Source: Eledone cirrhosa (lineage: Eukaryota). From it: a stretch of DNA of 64,000 bases. A program made the translations under genes and the position numbers. Of the stretch, positions 11,713 through 24,426 are shown in pieces. Each line of letters starts with the position of its first letter. Position 1 is the first letter of the stretch. The stretch covers positions 404,550,001 to 404,614,000 of the forward strand of contig OZ024740.1 of the NCBI GenBank assembly GCA_964016885.1, in the 5' to 3' direction. Under the pieces are notes generated by a model, which was not told where the DNA came from, did no database searches, and was given only the letters and a program-made list of their open reading frames with translations.

Positions 11713-12723
11713 GGGGCTGATAATATAAGTAAAGTAAATATCAGTAAAGTACTGTGATTGTTATAATCAAACCCACTTTCTCCCAAAACATGTGACCTTG
11801 TGCTTATGTTAGAAATCTTATATCTGCAGCTTGAGGTAGCTTGTGATAATCTTCTAGTAATCTGAAGATTATCCTTGTTTTAACTTTTAGTTGTTGTTTG
11901 CATCCCTAATGTTCTTGAGAAAGCTAAAGCTTTCACTTGGGATTGTTGCAATAGAAATGGTTGAGGCAGCCTAACATTGTGCTTGATTATCGGGTTTGGT
12001 ACCTGATATTTCTCTATTGAAATTTCACTAAAGGCATGAAAAGGCCAAGTGATAGAGATAAACCAGGTGATGGATGAAGTCTACCACCTAAGTAGGCCAC
12101 AGCAACATTTTGATTCAGAATGCAAGCAGCCATAATAAATACTGCAAGGTATCTCATCTGATGCTCTAACAATTCTGCCATTAACATCCCTGGACTGGTA
12201 CTTTATTTATCAACCCAGAAAACATGAAAGGCACAGTTTTCTTCTTTGGGGTTTGAACTCAGAGAAATGGAGCAACTACTGCAAGGTATTTTGTCCTACA
12301 CTCTATTGATTCTGCCAACTTACAACCATGAATATGGTACAAATGAATCTGAAAACTAAGTATTCAGTAACTTAAAAGTGCTTATAATATAAATTATGTG
12401 ATGAAATCTTTGCTCAATATGTGAAAGAAATCAAACTTTAAAAAACACTCAATTTTTGAGTTGCATTAGTGAAGGAAATATTTGTAAAGAATTCTTTAGT
12501 TTCAACTTCAGCAGCTAAGAACAATTAGTGTGTATAATTCATGAAAATTAATGTTTATGCATATTCATAAAATACAAGACTAACAATGGTAAGGAAGCAC
12601 CATTTTGTAAGTCTGTCTTTTACTTATGAATCTAGGTAATTATCTAATATCCTAAATATTAACCTTGTCAAGTCACCTAAATGTTTAAATATATTTCAAT
12701 AATATCATCTTTCACTTTTGCAG

Positions 12724-12810
12724 AAATGACCGCCGAAAAATGGCTCTGGCAAATCCTAAGCGAAAAAGTATCTCTACTTCTCTTAGAGAAAATAGAAAAA
12801 AACTGAAAAG
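12724..12810 (+). CDS. DDX52: DDX52 exon, basic C-terminal region (NDRRKMALANPKRKSISTSLRENRKKLK)
   Basis: ttttgcag|...AG|gtaagg; RxSIST resembles DDX52 RESIST; phase 2 on both sides. Confidence 0.88.
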
Positions 12811-12912
12811 GTAAGGTGTCATTTTTTAAAAGATAAATCAACTTGATTGTATTTTCATATTTCTCCAAATTAAGTTTTCACTTGTCGTTTACTAGAATGT
12901 TTTCAAGGTAAA

Positions 12913-13175
12913 TCATCATCATTGTTTAATGTCCTTTTTCCATGCTAGCATGGGTTAGACGAGTTGTCCCACTGTGAGACAAGCCAGGTTGGAGGACCAT
13001 GTTTTACTCACAGAACTGATTTTGACTTGGTTTCTACGGCTGGACATCCTTCCACATTTACAGTGTGTACTGGGTGCTTTTTGTTGTGTCACCTACATGA
13101 CCACTTTACAGTGTTGACTGGACACTTTTTATCGTGACTCCAACACAACCACTTTACAGTGTGGACTGGGCTGGT
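12913..13175 (-). mobile_element. RTE-tailed SINE/3' fragment with a (CAT)n tail
   Basis: atcatcatcattgtttaatgtcc...ccatgctagcatgggtt; three ccactttacagtg blocks. Confidence 0.7.
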
Positions 13176-14157
13176 ATTTTTTACTTTGGCTTCTATGTTT
13201 CAAAATTATTTGTATGGGAAAATTCACTATTGCTTACACCTTTCATTATGCATCATATGATGAAATCATGCAAGCGTGGAAGATGGACGTTAAACGATGA
13301 TGATGATGATGATGTGTATATACAAATTAGTTTGACTGTAAGGATTGCTTTAAGCTAGAAGCCAAGTAAATTATAGCTAATCTGAAGAGTTTTAAGGGAA
13401 AACATTCTCTATAGAAATGTAATATGTATATATGGATCTACAACTCTTGAGGGAGTCATTGGGGTGACATAGTGTGTCTCGAGCATTTTATCCTGCCTGA
13501 GACCATCCCATCTCCTGGTCTGAACTCAACCAATTTCTTCCAAAGAAGGAGAGAAAGAATTAATTCTACCAGACTGGTACTATTTTTTATCATCCTTGAA
13601 AGGATGATAAAGTTGACCTTGGCTGAATTTGAACTTATAGCATACAGAGATGTGGAATACCACAGAACAGTTGGTGTTCTAAAGATTCTGCAATTTAATC
13701 TACTGTGGTGAAATGTGTAATTCATTTTGTTAGTCTTTGAGAAAATATCACCACTTTCTGTATTTATGAAGTGTAAGGTCTAATTCAAAGAGTATGTGGC
13801 AGATGTAATAAACCCAGTAAGAATTCAAAAACATAACAATCGGCTTCCTGGTCATGTTCTCTCATCTTGAATTGAAACCAAAAAACAATTCTGCTCTTCA
13901 ACTTCATTTGCAGCATTCCAACAAACTTATAATTTCTTAGGACCTTACTCACTATGTCAGAACTCACCTATTTCCAAAACATACCAACTTGACTTATTTT
14001 ATCAACAGTAAGATTTAGTGTGATTATATATGCCACATCATCATTTTACACCCACTTTACATGCTGGCATCAGTTGGACTGATGATCCTTACAGTCCAAG
14101 TTAGTTCTTATTTGAAGTTACTTCCCTCTTAGATGGATTGAAGGGCTATATCTCACT

Positions 14158-16229
14158 CATCATCATCATCGTTTGACGTCCATCTTCCATGCTTGAATGG
14201 GTCTGGATGGGAATTGTCCCACTTGAGGCAAGATTGGTTGTCTTGCTCGTATAGGACTGTCTGGCGGGTTTTCTACGGCTGGATGCATTTCCTAACACCA
14301 ACCACGTTTACAGTGTGGGCTGGGAGGTTTTTACCATGTTACCTACATGGCCACATTACAGCGTGGACTGTGTTTTTTTTTTTGTTGTGACACCTACACA
14401 ACCTCATTTATTTAGGACTGGATGTTGTGGTACCAACATAACTTTACATTGAAAGGGGTAGGGGTAGTGGGATGGGGGTGTATTTTGGTTAAGAGGTGCC
14501 TACTAACTGTAGGTTTCGCTTTGTACTTAGGCAAGGCGGGTCTTCTGTATTGCTGCGTAGCGCCAAAGATCTCGGTCCAGTGACATTGTCTTGGAGAGGT
14601 GTAAGTGGGTGAGGTCGGAATTTATCAAGTCGTCCCAGGTTTTTCTGGGTCTGCCTACTCCGTAGCTACCGTCTATTTTGATCGGCCTGCACTTTTTTAT
14701 ACAGCTGTCGTCTTTCATGTGCATCACGTGACCATACCAACGTAGCCTTCTCTTGAGTAAACAACATCTGATCCCTCTTATTCCTAATTTCTCACTTAGT
14801 TCATTTATGCTTTGCCGTTCGCGTATATTACTATTACACATCCAACGGAGCATGCAAGCTTCGTTCCTCTCCAGTCTGCGTAGATCCTCTGCACACAAGG
14901 CCCGTGTCTCACTGCCATGTAACATCGCTGTTCGTATGCAGGCATCATACAGCCTGCCTTTCATTTTTAGAGAGAAACCTTTAGCGGCCAATAGTGGTAT
15001 AAGCTCTCTGAACTTTTTCCATCCCGTTCTGACTCTAGCTACTGTACTTTCAGAGCACCCTCCACCGCTGTTGATTTTGTCACCCAGGTAACGGAAGGTG
15101 TCCACTATTTCTATAGAACCATCTGGACAATGGAATGAGCTAGTATTCTGTGGGCATTTGCTGCTACTTATTGCACCTGAGCACCAGCCACATATAAAAT
15201 CTATATTCTTAGTTAGCTTACCTGTGATCGCACTACATCTTTTATGCACCCATACTTTGCATTTGGGACATAAAATGGAGTTTCTGCCTACTCCTTTCCT
15301 ACACACTGAGCATGGCCAGTGCCCTATTTTCCTTCCTACATATTAAAACTTTAGTCTTAGACAAGTTAATTTTAAGGCCTTTTGATTCTAGGCCATGCTT
15401 CCATGTTTGGAATTTCTTCTCTAGTTCAGCTATTGATTCAGTTATGAGCGTTAAATCATCTGCGTATAGACGTTCCCATTGGCAGCCAGTCTTGAACTCC
15501 TCTGTTATAGCCTGGAGGGCGATAATAAATAGGGGGCTAAGGACAGAGCCCTGATGAACACCAACTTTTACGCTAAACTCTTCACTATATGCGTTGTTAA
15601 TTCTAAGCTTGCTGACTGTTTCTTTATACATGGCTTGTATAGCTCTCACAAGCCATTCATCAACACCTAGTTTTCTGAGAGCCCACCAGATAATGGGGTG
15701 TGGGACTCTGTCAAAGGCTTTTTTCAAGTCAACAAAAGCTAAGTATAGGGGTTTACTTTTAGCTAGGTACTTCTCCTGAGGTTTTCGTACAAGGAAAAGA
15801 GCGTCTGTGGTACTTTTACCTGACACAAACCCAAACTGCATTTCATCTAGATCAATTCGCTCTCTGATTAGTTGCGCTATTACTTTTTCTGTGACCTTCA
15901 TGACCTGGTCAATTAATTTAATGCCTCTATAGTTTCCCCTATCTAGGGCATCTCCTTTACCCTTGTAGCAGTTAATGATGATGCTGCTACGCCAGTCCTT
16001 TGGTACAACCCCATTCTGTATGACTTGGTTTACTATCCGGGTGATCATAGTGTGTCCCACCGTTCCAGATGCTTTCAGCATTTCAGCAACTATTTCCAAA
16101 GGCCCAGCCGCCTTACTCGTCTACATATCTTTGATTGCCTTATTTATTATACTACCTTCAACTTGCGCTGCTGGTCCCTCTATTGGATCGATGTGGAGGA
16201 GACTGTCTTTCTCCCATTTATTCTCCTCA
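14158..16229 (-). mobile_element. 5'-truncated RTE LINE copy (RT + PHD-like finger + 3'UTR + (GAT)n tail) in the last DDX52 intron
   Basis: ORFs 15299-16099 and 14527-15306 are highly similar to 19876-21783; YADD present; frameshift near 15310. Confidence 0.95.
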
Positions 16230-16449
16230 CATTCCTTTTTTTTTATGGCTGGATAATATTCATAACACCAACCACTTCACAGATTGCACTAAGGGCAGTT
16301 TATTATGGCACCATCAACAGCGAGCCTATATCCTCAGAAGGGATAAAAGACTTCTCAAGGCTGTATTGGATGCATTTTATCATGGTTACATATATACATA
16401 AGATTCAATATTATTTGCTGTTAATCCACCATTATCAAACTACTCATTG

Positions 16450-16638
16450 GGCGGTGGATTGGCAGTATCGGCAGAGGGTCGGACGTCATGCTTTCCAGCA
16501 TAGTTACGTCTCTTTACGATCTGAGTTCAAATCCCGCCAAGGTTGACTTTGCCTTTCATCCTTACGGGGTCGATAAAAATAAAGTACCAGTAATGCACTG
16601 GGTAATTGCTGGCCTTGTGCCTAAAGTAGAAACAATTA
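16450..16638 (+). mobile_element. tRNA-derived SINE, same subfamily as 7565-7753
   Basis: Nearly identical sequence including the short ctggg|taattgctggcc form. Confidence 0.85.
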
Positions 16639-16882
16639 TCAAACTACTCATTAACACTTAGAGTCTACATTTGTATAAACAATGTTACTATTAATGAAAT
16701 TTTAGTATAATTTAATTGGAAGCTCATAGACTTCACTCAGATAATTCTTTATTTTTAACCCTCAAGACAGTAAGATATTTTGTATATTCACTGCACATGG
16801 TTTACCTGAAATTGTCTTGCTAATTCTTTTAATCTATTATCTTAACCTCTCACAATTGTTTCTTATTTTTTATTTTATTTAG

Positions 16883-16997
16883 GAAAAGTAATAATCCTGC
16901 ATTGTCAAATGGAATTTCAAAAACAAAGTTGAAAGCTTCAAGAGAGTTCCCTGGGAAAAAGAAGAAAAAGGTTCCAAATAAAAAATCTGAAAATTGA
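16883..16997 (+). CDS. DDX52: Probable terminal DDX52 exon (KSNNPALSNGISKTKLKASREFPGKKKKKVPNKKSEN*)
   Basis: Strong T-rich acceptor, phase 2, Lys-rich open frame to TGA, AATAAA directly after the stop. Confidence 0.75.
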
Positions 16998-17003
16998 AAT
17001 AAA
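16998..17003 (+). terminator. Candidate polyadenylation signal of DDX52
   Basis: AATAAA immediately after the TGA, with a GT-rich stretch (ttgtgtttgg) about 30 nt downstream. Confidence 0.55.
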
Positions 17004-17818
17004 ATATAAGATTTTGTAATGTACTAGCTTGTGTTTGGAATGTTATTGTATACCAAATATATGAGATGTAGGTAATCTATATTAGCTGTCTATGAAAGAT
17101 GGAGAAATCAAAATAAGCAGGAATAATATCCTGTGATTTAACCTTTAAATTCATGCCAATTGGCACTTAAGTTCTACTTGTTATTTATGAAAATGTAAAG
17201 CCTTTTGTGAGATTTTGTTCCAGTTCAATTCAAGAGCTGAGAAAAATTTGGATTTATATTCTTAGTAGAATGATTGAAAGATATTTCTCATTTAATAAGT
17301 TACCTCATAAATGTGTAACAAATGCTCTCAAAATAGATATTCATCATAATTTTACATCTGTTTATCCATGCAATCATGTTTTGGACAGGTCATTTAAAGT
17401 CAGTACTTAATTGGAGCTACTGGTGGTGGACATCTCACAAACGTTTCAATTTTGCATGGTTTCTACAGCTGGATGTGCTTCTTAACAATAACCACTTTTA
17501 ACCATATGTGCACTATGACTGCCCCCATTTGTATTTTTGTCTACGTTATTTTTTAACAAAAACTGATGAAACTCCGAATATATTTAGTTCAAAAATTCAC
17601 TATCTTCTGATGTTTCTGTCCAGAGTTACATCACATGTTCCAAGTGATAACTATTTAAATCTATTCATTTTTTGAGGTGCATAATGTCATTACAAACAGT
17701 CCTAGGGATGGCTCTGATCTCGTCCTTGATGTTTTCCTTTAGTTCAGTGATTGTCCTGAGTTTTTTTACATATACCTTTTTACAAAATCCTTTTTACATA
17801 TACCTTTTTACAAAATCC

Positions 17819-18041
17819 TTCCCATTCTACTTCTTATAAATTACTTTAAATATATATATTATGCTACTTGAAAGTCAAAAAATCCGCTCTACACCCTTCA
17901 CCCTCCAGCTACTCCACGAGGGGCTGCGGTCAGCCACACTCTCTCTCCCCCTTCCCCTCTCTCCCCTTTCCCCTCTCTCTCTTCCCCTCTCTCTCTCTTC
18001 CCTTTCCCCTCTCTCTCTTCCCCTTCCCCTCTCTCTTAGCT

Positions 18042-18086
<45 letters not shown>

Positions 18087-21000
18087 ATAAGTTCTCCATG
18101 TTTATTCACTTTCGCCAATCCATCGCTGCTTCAATTATTCCTACTACGGTGTACCCATGTAATCGTAACGTACACATTTTTCTCTATCTACTCCACGCTC
18201 AATTTCGTACATAGTCCAAACATCCAATCTCGCAAAATCCGAAATCTGTATTTTTTGTTATTTATTTAAGGTTTAAATACGGTGTTTTTGTCGTATTGAA
18301 CAGAACAAATCTTGCAGTTTTGCTTTTTGTTAAATCGCTTGTTAAACATTCATAACCTTCCAGCTAGCTACCCCACACCCGCCCCCACACACCACCATTC
18401 TTAATACGTGGACCAATCATAAGCCAGAGCCCCCCCCCCCCCCCCCCCCCCCCCACGCATCACCATTATTATTTATACGCGAACCAATCATAAGCCAGAG
18501 GCCTATACTATCGCTTGCCCGGTTGCCTTCGATATATGATGGATGGATGGACGGACTGCGGAATCCTGGAGAGTGGAAGGGAGAGAAAAATCTGGACGCT
18601 CAGAGCGAAAATGCCAAAGTTAAAGTCAAATTCACCTCGTGGACGAGAATGCGAGCACTCCTCTTTGTTTCGTCCACGGATGGCTAACATAACCCTATCT
18701 CCCCCCGCCCCCCAACACCCCCACCCTCCAAACGCAACCCAAAACTTCAGAGTTGGTACCATAAATGTAGGCACCCTAAAGGGTCGCGCTAACGAGGTTG
18801 TAGAAATGCTTGAACGTAAGGAGGTCGATGTTTGTTGTATTCAAGAGACCAGGTGGAGGGGTGGGTCTGCTAGATTCATTGAGGGTAAAAAACGATGTTA
18901 TAAGCTTTTCTGGGTGGGAAACGACGATGGGCTGGGTGGAGTAGGAATCATGGTAGCAGAAAAGTGGGCAGATAAGATAATAGACGTAAATAGAGTGAAC
19001 GACAGAATAATTAAAATACGACTTGTCCTCAATAGAACTACGGTGACAGTAATATCTGCGTACGCACCCCAATCCGGACTGCCCGGCACTATAAAAGACA
19101 GATTCTATGAGACACTGTTGCTAACTACCTCCCAAATATCTGACAGTGACTATATAATTATTGCAGGCGACCTAAATGGTCACGTTGGACAACATTGTGA
19201 CGGCTACGACGAAATCCATGGAGGCTATGGGTTTGGTACTAGAAATGAGGAAGGCTCCAGAATCCTGGAATTCTGTGATGCAAATAACCTAACTATCTGT
19301 AACACTAACTTCAAAAAACGTGACAATCACCTGATCACCTATAGATCCGGGGAACACACAAGCCAGGTAGATTATATCCTTACCAGAAGACGTGACAGAG
19401 TGTCTGTTGTAAACACTAAATCCCTCCCCCATGAAGAATGCACCTCCCAACATAGACTGATAATTAGCGACCTCATAGTCAGGACGAGACGTACTCGACA
19501 GCAGAAGAGGACTATCCTCAGGAGGAAAATATGGAAGCTAAAGGACCCCACAGCCAGAAATAAATTTCAAAGCATATTACTTGATGCTTTCGACAGTAAG
19601 GAAGAGCATATAGAGTCGGACAATATAGAGGGACAGTGGGAATTTCTGAAAGCAAACCTGCTGTTGGCGACAGACGAAGTCTGTGGCTGGAGCAGGCCTG
19701 TAGGCAGGAGGAGAGTAACATGGTGGTGGAACAGTAAGGTGGAGGGGTCAATTAAGGCCAAAAAGCAGGCTTGGAAAGTATGGGGGAAGTAGAGTAGACT
19801 ATCAAGTGGCCAGGAGGGAAGCTAGGAGAGAAGTGTACTTAGCAAGAAGGGAAGCTGAGGAAAGAAAGTTCAAGCATGTTCTACAACGCGATGACCAAAA
19901 ACGTGAGGTGTTCAGGATTGCTAGGCAATGCGTCAAGGAAAACCGTGATATTGTCGGGGAGAAGTGTACTTAACGATGATGGCATACTTGCCATCACCGA
20001 CACTGATAAGAAGGTAGCTTGGAAGTGTCACTATGAAAGGCTACTAAATGAGGAGAATAAATGGGAGAAAGACAGTCTCCCCCATATCGACCCAATAGAG
20101 GGACCAGCAGTGTTAGTCGAGGGGAGTATAATAAGTAAGGCAATCAAGGATATGAAGACGGGTAAGGCGGCTGGGCCTTCGGAAATAGTTGCTGAGATGC
20201 TGAAGGCATCTGGCACGGTGGGACACACCATGGTCACCCGCATAGTTAACCAAGTCGTACAGAATGGGGTTGTTCCGAAGGACTGGCATAGCAGCATCAT
20301 CGTTAACTGTTATAAGGGTAAAGGAGACGCCCTAGATAGGAGTAACTATAGAGGCATTAAATTAATCGACCAGGTCATGAAGGTCACGGAAAAAGTAATA
20401 GCGCAACTAATCAGAGAGAGAATTGACCTAGATGAAATGCAGTTCGGGTTTGTGTCAGGCAAAAGCACCACAGACGCTCTTTTCATAGTACGACAACTAC
20501 AGGAGAAGTACCTAGCTAAAGGTAAACCCCTCTACTTAGCTTTTGTCGACCTGGAGAAAGCCTTCGACAGAGTCCCCCCGCTCCATTATCTGGTGGGCTC
20601 TTAGAAAACTAGGCGTTGACGAATGGCTTGTGAGGGCTATACAAGCCATGTATAAAGAAACAGTCAGCAAGGTTAGAATTAACAACGAATATAGTGAAGA
20701 GTTTAGCGTAAAAGTTGGCGTCCATCAGGGCTCTGTTCTCAGCCCCCTACTGTTTATTATTGCCCTTCAGGCTATAACAGAGGAGTTCAAGACAGGCTGC
20801 CGTGGGAACTCCTATACGCAGACGACCTGACACTCATAGCGGAATCAATGGCCGAGCTAGAGAAGAAATTCCAAACACGGAAGCACGGCCTAGAGTCAAA
20901 AGGACTTAAAATTAACCTGGCTAAGACCAAAGTTCTAGTTTGTAGGAAAGAAAACAAGGCGGCGGTCCCTTCTGGGAAATGGTCGTGCTCGATGTGTAGG

Positions 21001-22138
21001 AAAGGCATAGGTAGAAACTCCATTTTATGTCCTAAATGCAAAGTATGGGTGCATAAAAGATGTAGTGGGATCACAGGTAAGCTAACTAAGAACATAGATT
21101 TTACATGTGGCTGGTGTTCTGGTGCAATAAGTAGCAGCAAGTGCCCACAAAATACTAGCTCTTTCAATTGCGCAGAGGGTTCTATAGAAATAGTGGACAG
21201 CTTCCGTTACCTGGGCGATAAAATCAGCAGTGGGGGAGGGTGCTCTGAAAGTACTGTAGCTAGAGTCAGAACTGGTTGGAAAAAGTTCAGAGAGTTTATA
21301 CCACTATTAGCTGCTAAAGGTTTCTCCCTAAAAATGAAAGGCAGGTTGTACGATGCCTGCATACGAACAGCAATGTTGCATGGCAGTGAGACCTGGGCAT
21401 TGTGTGCAGAGGATATACGCAGACTAGAGAGGAACGAAGCTTGCATGCTCCGTTGGATGTGTAACAGTAATATATGTGAACGGCAAAGCATAAACGAACT
21501 AAGGAAAAAATTAGAGATAAGAGGGATCAGATGTTGTTTACTCGAGAGAAGGCTACGTTGGTATGGACACGTGATGCGCATGAAAGTCGATAGCTGTATA
21601 ACAAAGTGCAGGGCAATAAAGATAGACGGTAGCCACGGAATAGGCAGACCTAGAAAAACCTGGGACGAGCTGATAAACTCCGACCTCACACACTTACACC
21701 TCTCCAAGACAATGTCACTGGACCGAGACCTTTGGCGGTACTCAGTAACAGAGAAGACCCGCCTTGCCAGTAGGCATCTCTAACAAAATACACCCCGTCC
21801 CGCCACCACCCCCACCCCATCCACACCACCCCGTTCTATGTAAAGTTATGTTGGTGCCGCGCCATCCAGGCCGAAACAAATGAGATCGTGTAGGTGTCAC
21901 GACAAAAAAACACACAGTCCACGCTGTAATGTGGCTGTGTAGGCAACACGGTAAAAACCTCCCAGACCCACACTGTAAATGTGGTTGGTGTTAGGAAGGG
22001 CATCCAACTGTAGAAAACCTGCCAGACAGTCCTATGCGAGCAAGACAATCACTCTTGCCTCAAGTGGGACACCCCCGTCCAAACCCATGCAAGCGTGGAA
22101 CACGGACGTTAAACGTTGATGATGATGATGATGATGAT
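17819..22138 (+). mobile_element. Probably full-length RTE-clade LINE: 5'UTR, single APE-RT ORF (frameshifted), 3'UTR, (GAT)n tail
   Basis: APE motifs (GTINVGTL, CIQETRW, AYAPQ, GDLNGHVG, SQVDYIL, QHRLII), RT motifs (NYRGIKL, QFGF, FVDLEKAFDRV, GVHQGSVLSPLLF, YADD, FRYLG), GRPRKTW, and no separate ORF1. Confidence 0.95.
18611..21783 (+). pseudogene. LINE endonuclease-reverse transcriptase ORF with about 4 frameshifts
   Basis: ORF pieces 18515-19792, 19876-20604, 20543-20830 and 20848-21783 join across lesions near 19785, 19965, 20578 and 20800. Confidence 0.9.
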
Positions 22139-23876
22139 ACCCTATCCTTCAGATAACTGCAAAGAAAGAAATGTGAGGGGCTTAAATCAAGGCTATGTGG
22201 GGCCTACTCAAAATCAGTCATCAAACTGATCACTCCATTTTCAAAGTTATTTTTGAGTCACTCTCGCAACTCATTGGAGGTGTGAGGATTTGCACCATCA
22301 TGCTGGAATCAGAACTTATTCATTAGAGATAGGTACATGGTCTGTAACTCCTTTGTGACTATAGCAATGACACCATTTTTTTTTTCAGACGAATGGGCCA
22401 ATCAACCCTCTTTCAGAAATAGCAGCCCAGAATACATTGTTCTTAGAGTTGGTCTTCCTCTCTAAGTGAAAGTAGGCTTCATCAGAGGTCTACAGCAGAT
22501 TGTTTTCCATCTTCTCCAGCATTCCTTCAGCCATAGCTTTTACTCTGGTCTTATCTACAGTAAGCTTTTGTTTAGTCTGTATCCTGTAAGAGTACTTAAG
22601 ATCCTCATTGACAACCCTTCTGCAAGTTTCTGTGGATAGACCCAAGGATTAGCTACCTGTGCAGCTATTGTTTTTAGCTCTGTTCAACAGACTCTCGGGC
22701 CATATCAATAACTTCCTGGGTTGTCTAGAGCGGGTAGGATGATCCTCATACATTGTATTGAGGTTATTCACCCAGTTTTGTATATTGGCTTTGAAGGGAG
22801 ATTTGTTCGTTCCAAAAAATGCATGAAAGTGCTCCTGGACCTGCTTGCACATAGTTTCATACAGGAAATCTGGTGCTGGAGCTCCCATTGGGGTCTTGTT
22901 GTCTTAGATGTATCTGCCATGTCTTGAAATTTAAGGTTGATCAGTTAGAAAATAAATGTGCAGGGCCAGTTTTTATTTTAGTCACCCTGTACAAGATACA
23001 TTTTATTGTGCCACCAGCATTAGGGAGGTTGTCATGGTTTTTACAGTTGGATATCTTTTTCTTGCTAAAGTATCATCTCAGCATTATCGGCTGCAGTGAA
23101 GATAAGGTTATGTAAGCAATCAAGAGAACCTTTATGCAGTCATTTAACCTGAAGAAATAGCAACAAAATCTCCCTCAAATTGCACACTATTGTAGCTTCC
23201 TTCCACTGGAAGTTCTTCACCCTATAATCATCATCCATACACATCACATCTCTCTTGCCTACTACATTTGATTCCTCTTATACTCCGTTTTTCTCTCAGT
23301 ACATCCATGCTTTGCCAGTCATGCATATTAGCATTTACATGAAACAAAATCACTACAAATAATTTCAGCTAATAGTCAAAATCAGCCAGTGAATTATACC
23401 AGATTATATAGCTAGTTATCAAAAAATAATATTTAAACTTAAAATACACTTTCCAAATAGATTATCACTTGCAAAATCAACTGTAAAGTTTCTTCTTGTA
23501 GTGAACAATGAGTCTTACAATTAAAATATATAACTGCAATATAAAATAGTTTCCACTTTATAGTAATGTCCAGCTGATATAAATAACCTCAGCTTTATCA
23601 TTAGTCACAACTAATAAACCATTAACAGTTAGACAGAGCTCATTAGCTTTAGTGAGGTCAGTGTGTTCAGGAGGATAAGTGATTTCAAAACCAGAGTAGA
23701 CAAGACTCCTTTGTCACCTGTGACAACCTTTCAAATGGTCAATGGCTTCCGAATAATGATCAGGCAAGGATTTGGGACTCACCAATGTCACTTTTGCCCA
23801 ACAGGAATTATGGACTTTCAGTATCATATAGATTAGCATTGGTGCTATTGTCCATGGTCCCCAACTCTTAGCAATG

Positions 23877-24426
23877 AGGATGGCAATAGGCCATTGCAAT
23901 ATAACACTGGGCTATTTTAGTTAGCTTTTTGTTGGTTGTTGTTTCAATGTAGAACAAGCTGTGAACATGGCATTTGCAGATCTTCAAAGACCCATAAAGA
24001 TTAATACAATTAACATTCCACTTAAACTGTTGCATGTTAATGGTTTCAGGGAAAACCTATGGTTGGAATTCCAGAAGGCTGATATTCTATGGAGAAAGGA
24101 CTAGGTATAATGGTTAGCACAAGGTGGACACAATATCAGTGACTAGAAAAATAGTCTAAGTAGGGCATACAAGCCCCTGGACTCAAATGCACACCTGTAT
24201 ATCATGTGGAGCTGCTACCATTACACCAAGGTGGGTCTGGCCACTCTTTTTCCATTTTTAGAAGCTTTATCAATTTGCCAGAGATATAAATAAATAATAT
24301 ATTTCTAAAAGTGCATTCGAAAATTAAAATAACAGCTACAACACGCTATTTATTTTACTCTGAAAAGAATGGCACAAACCTCTGGATGTAGCCCAGTGTT
24401 ATATTGCAATGGCCTATTGCCATCCT
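23877..24426. repeat. Perfect 38-bp inverted repeat pair (23877-23914 / 24389-24426)
   Basis: aggatggcaataggccattgcaatataacactgggcta and its exact reverse complement. Confidence 0.92.

Larger units (their letters stand above)
17670..22989 (-). mobile_element. Degenerate Tc1/mariner transposon split by the RTE LINE (17670-17776 and 22139-22989)
   Basis: TA-CAGGGTG terminus at 22989; - strand motifs SDEAYFHL, FQHDGANPH, PHSLDLSP..FFLCSYLKDRV, resuming left of the LINE as VYVKKLRTITELKENIKDEIRAIP. Confidence 0.82.

Noticed and set aside
17861-18269. Low-complexity ORFs (PLSL/YIYI)
   Set aside because: Microsatellite translations within the LINE 5' region.
14753-21707. Antisense ORFs overlapping the LINE copies (e.g. 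14753-15091, 21207-21707)
   Set aside because: Shadow frames of the RT coding sequence, with no independent motifs.
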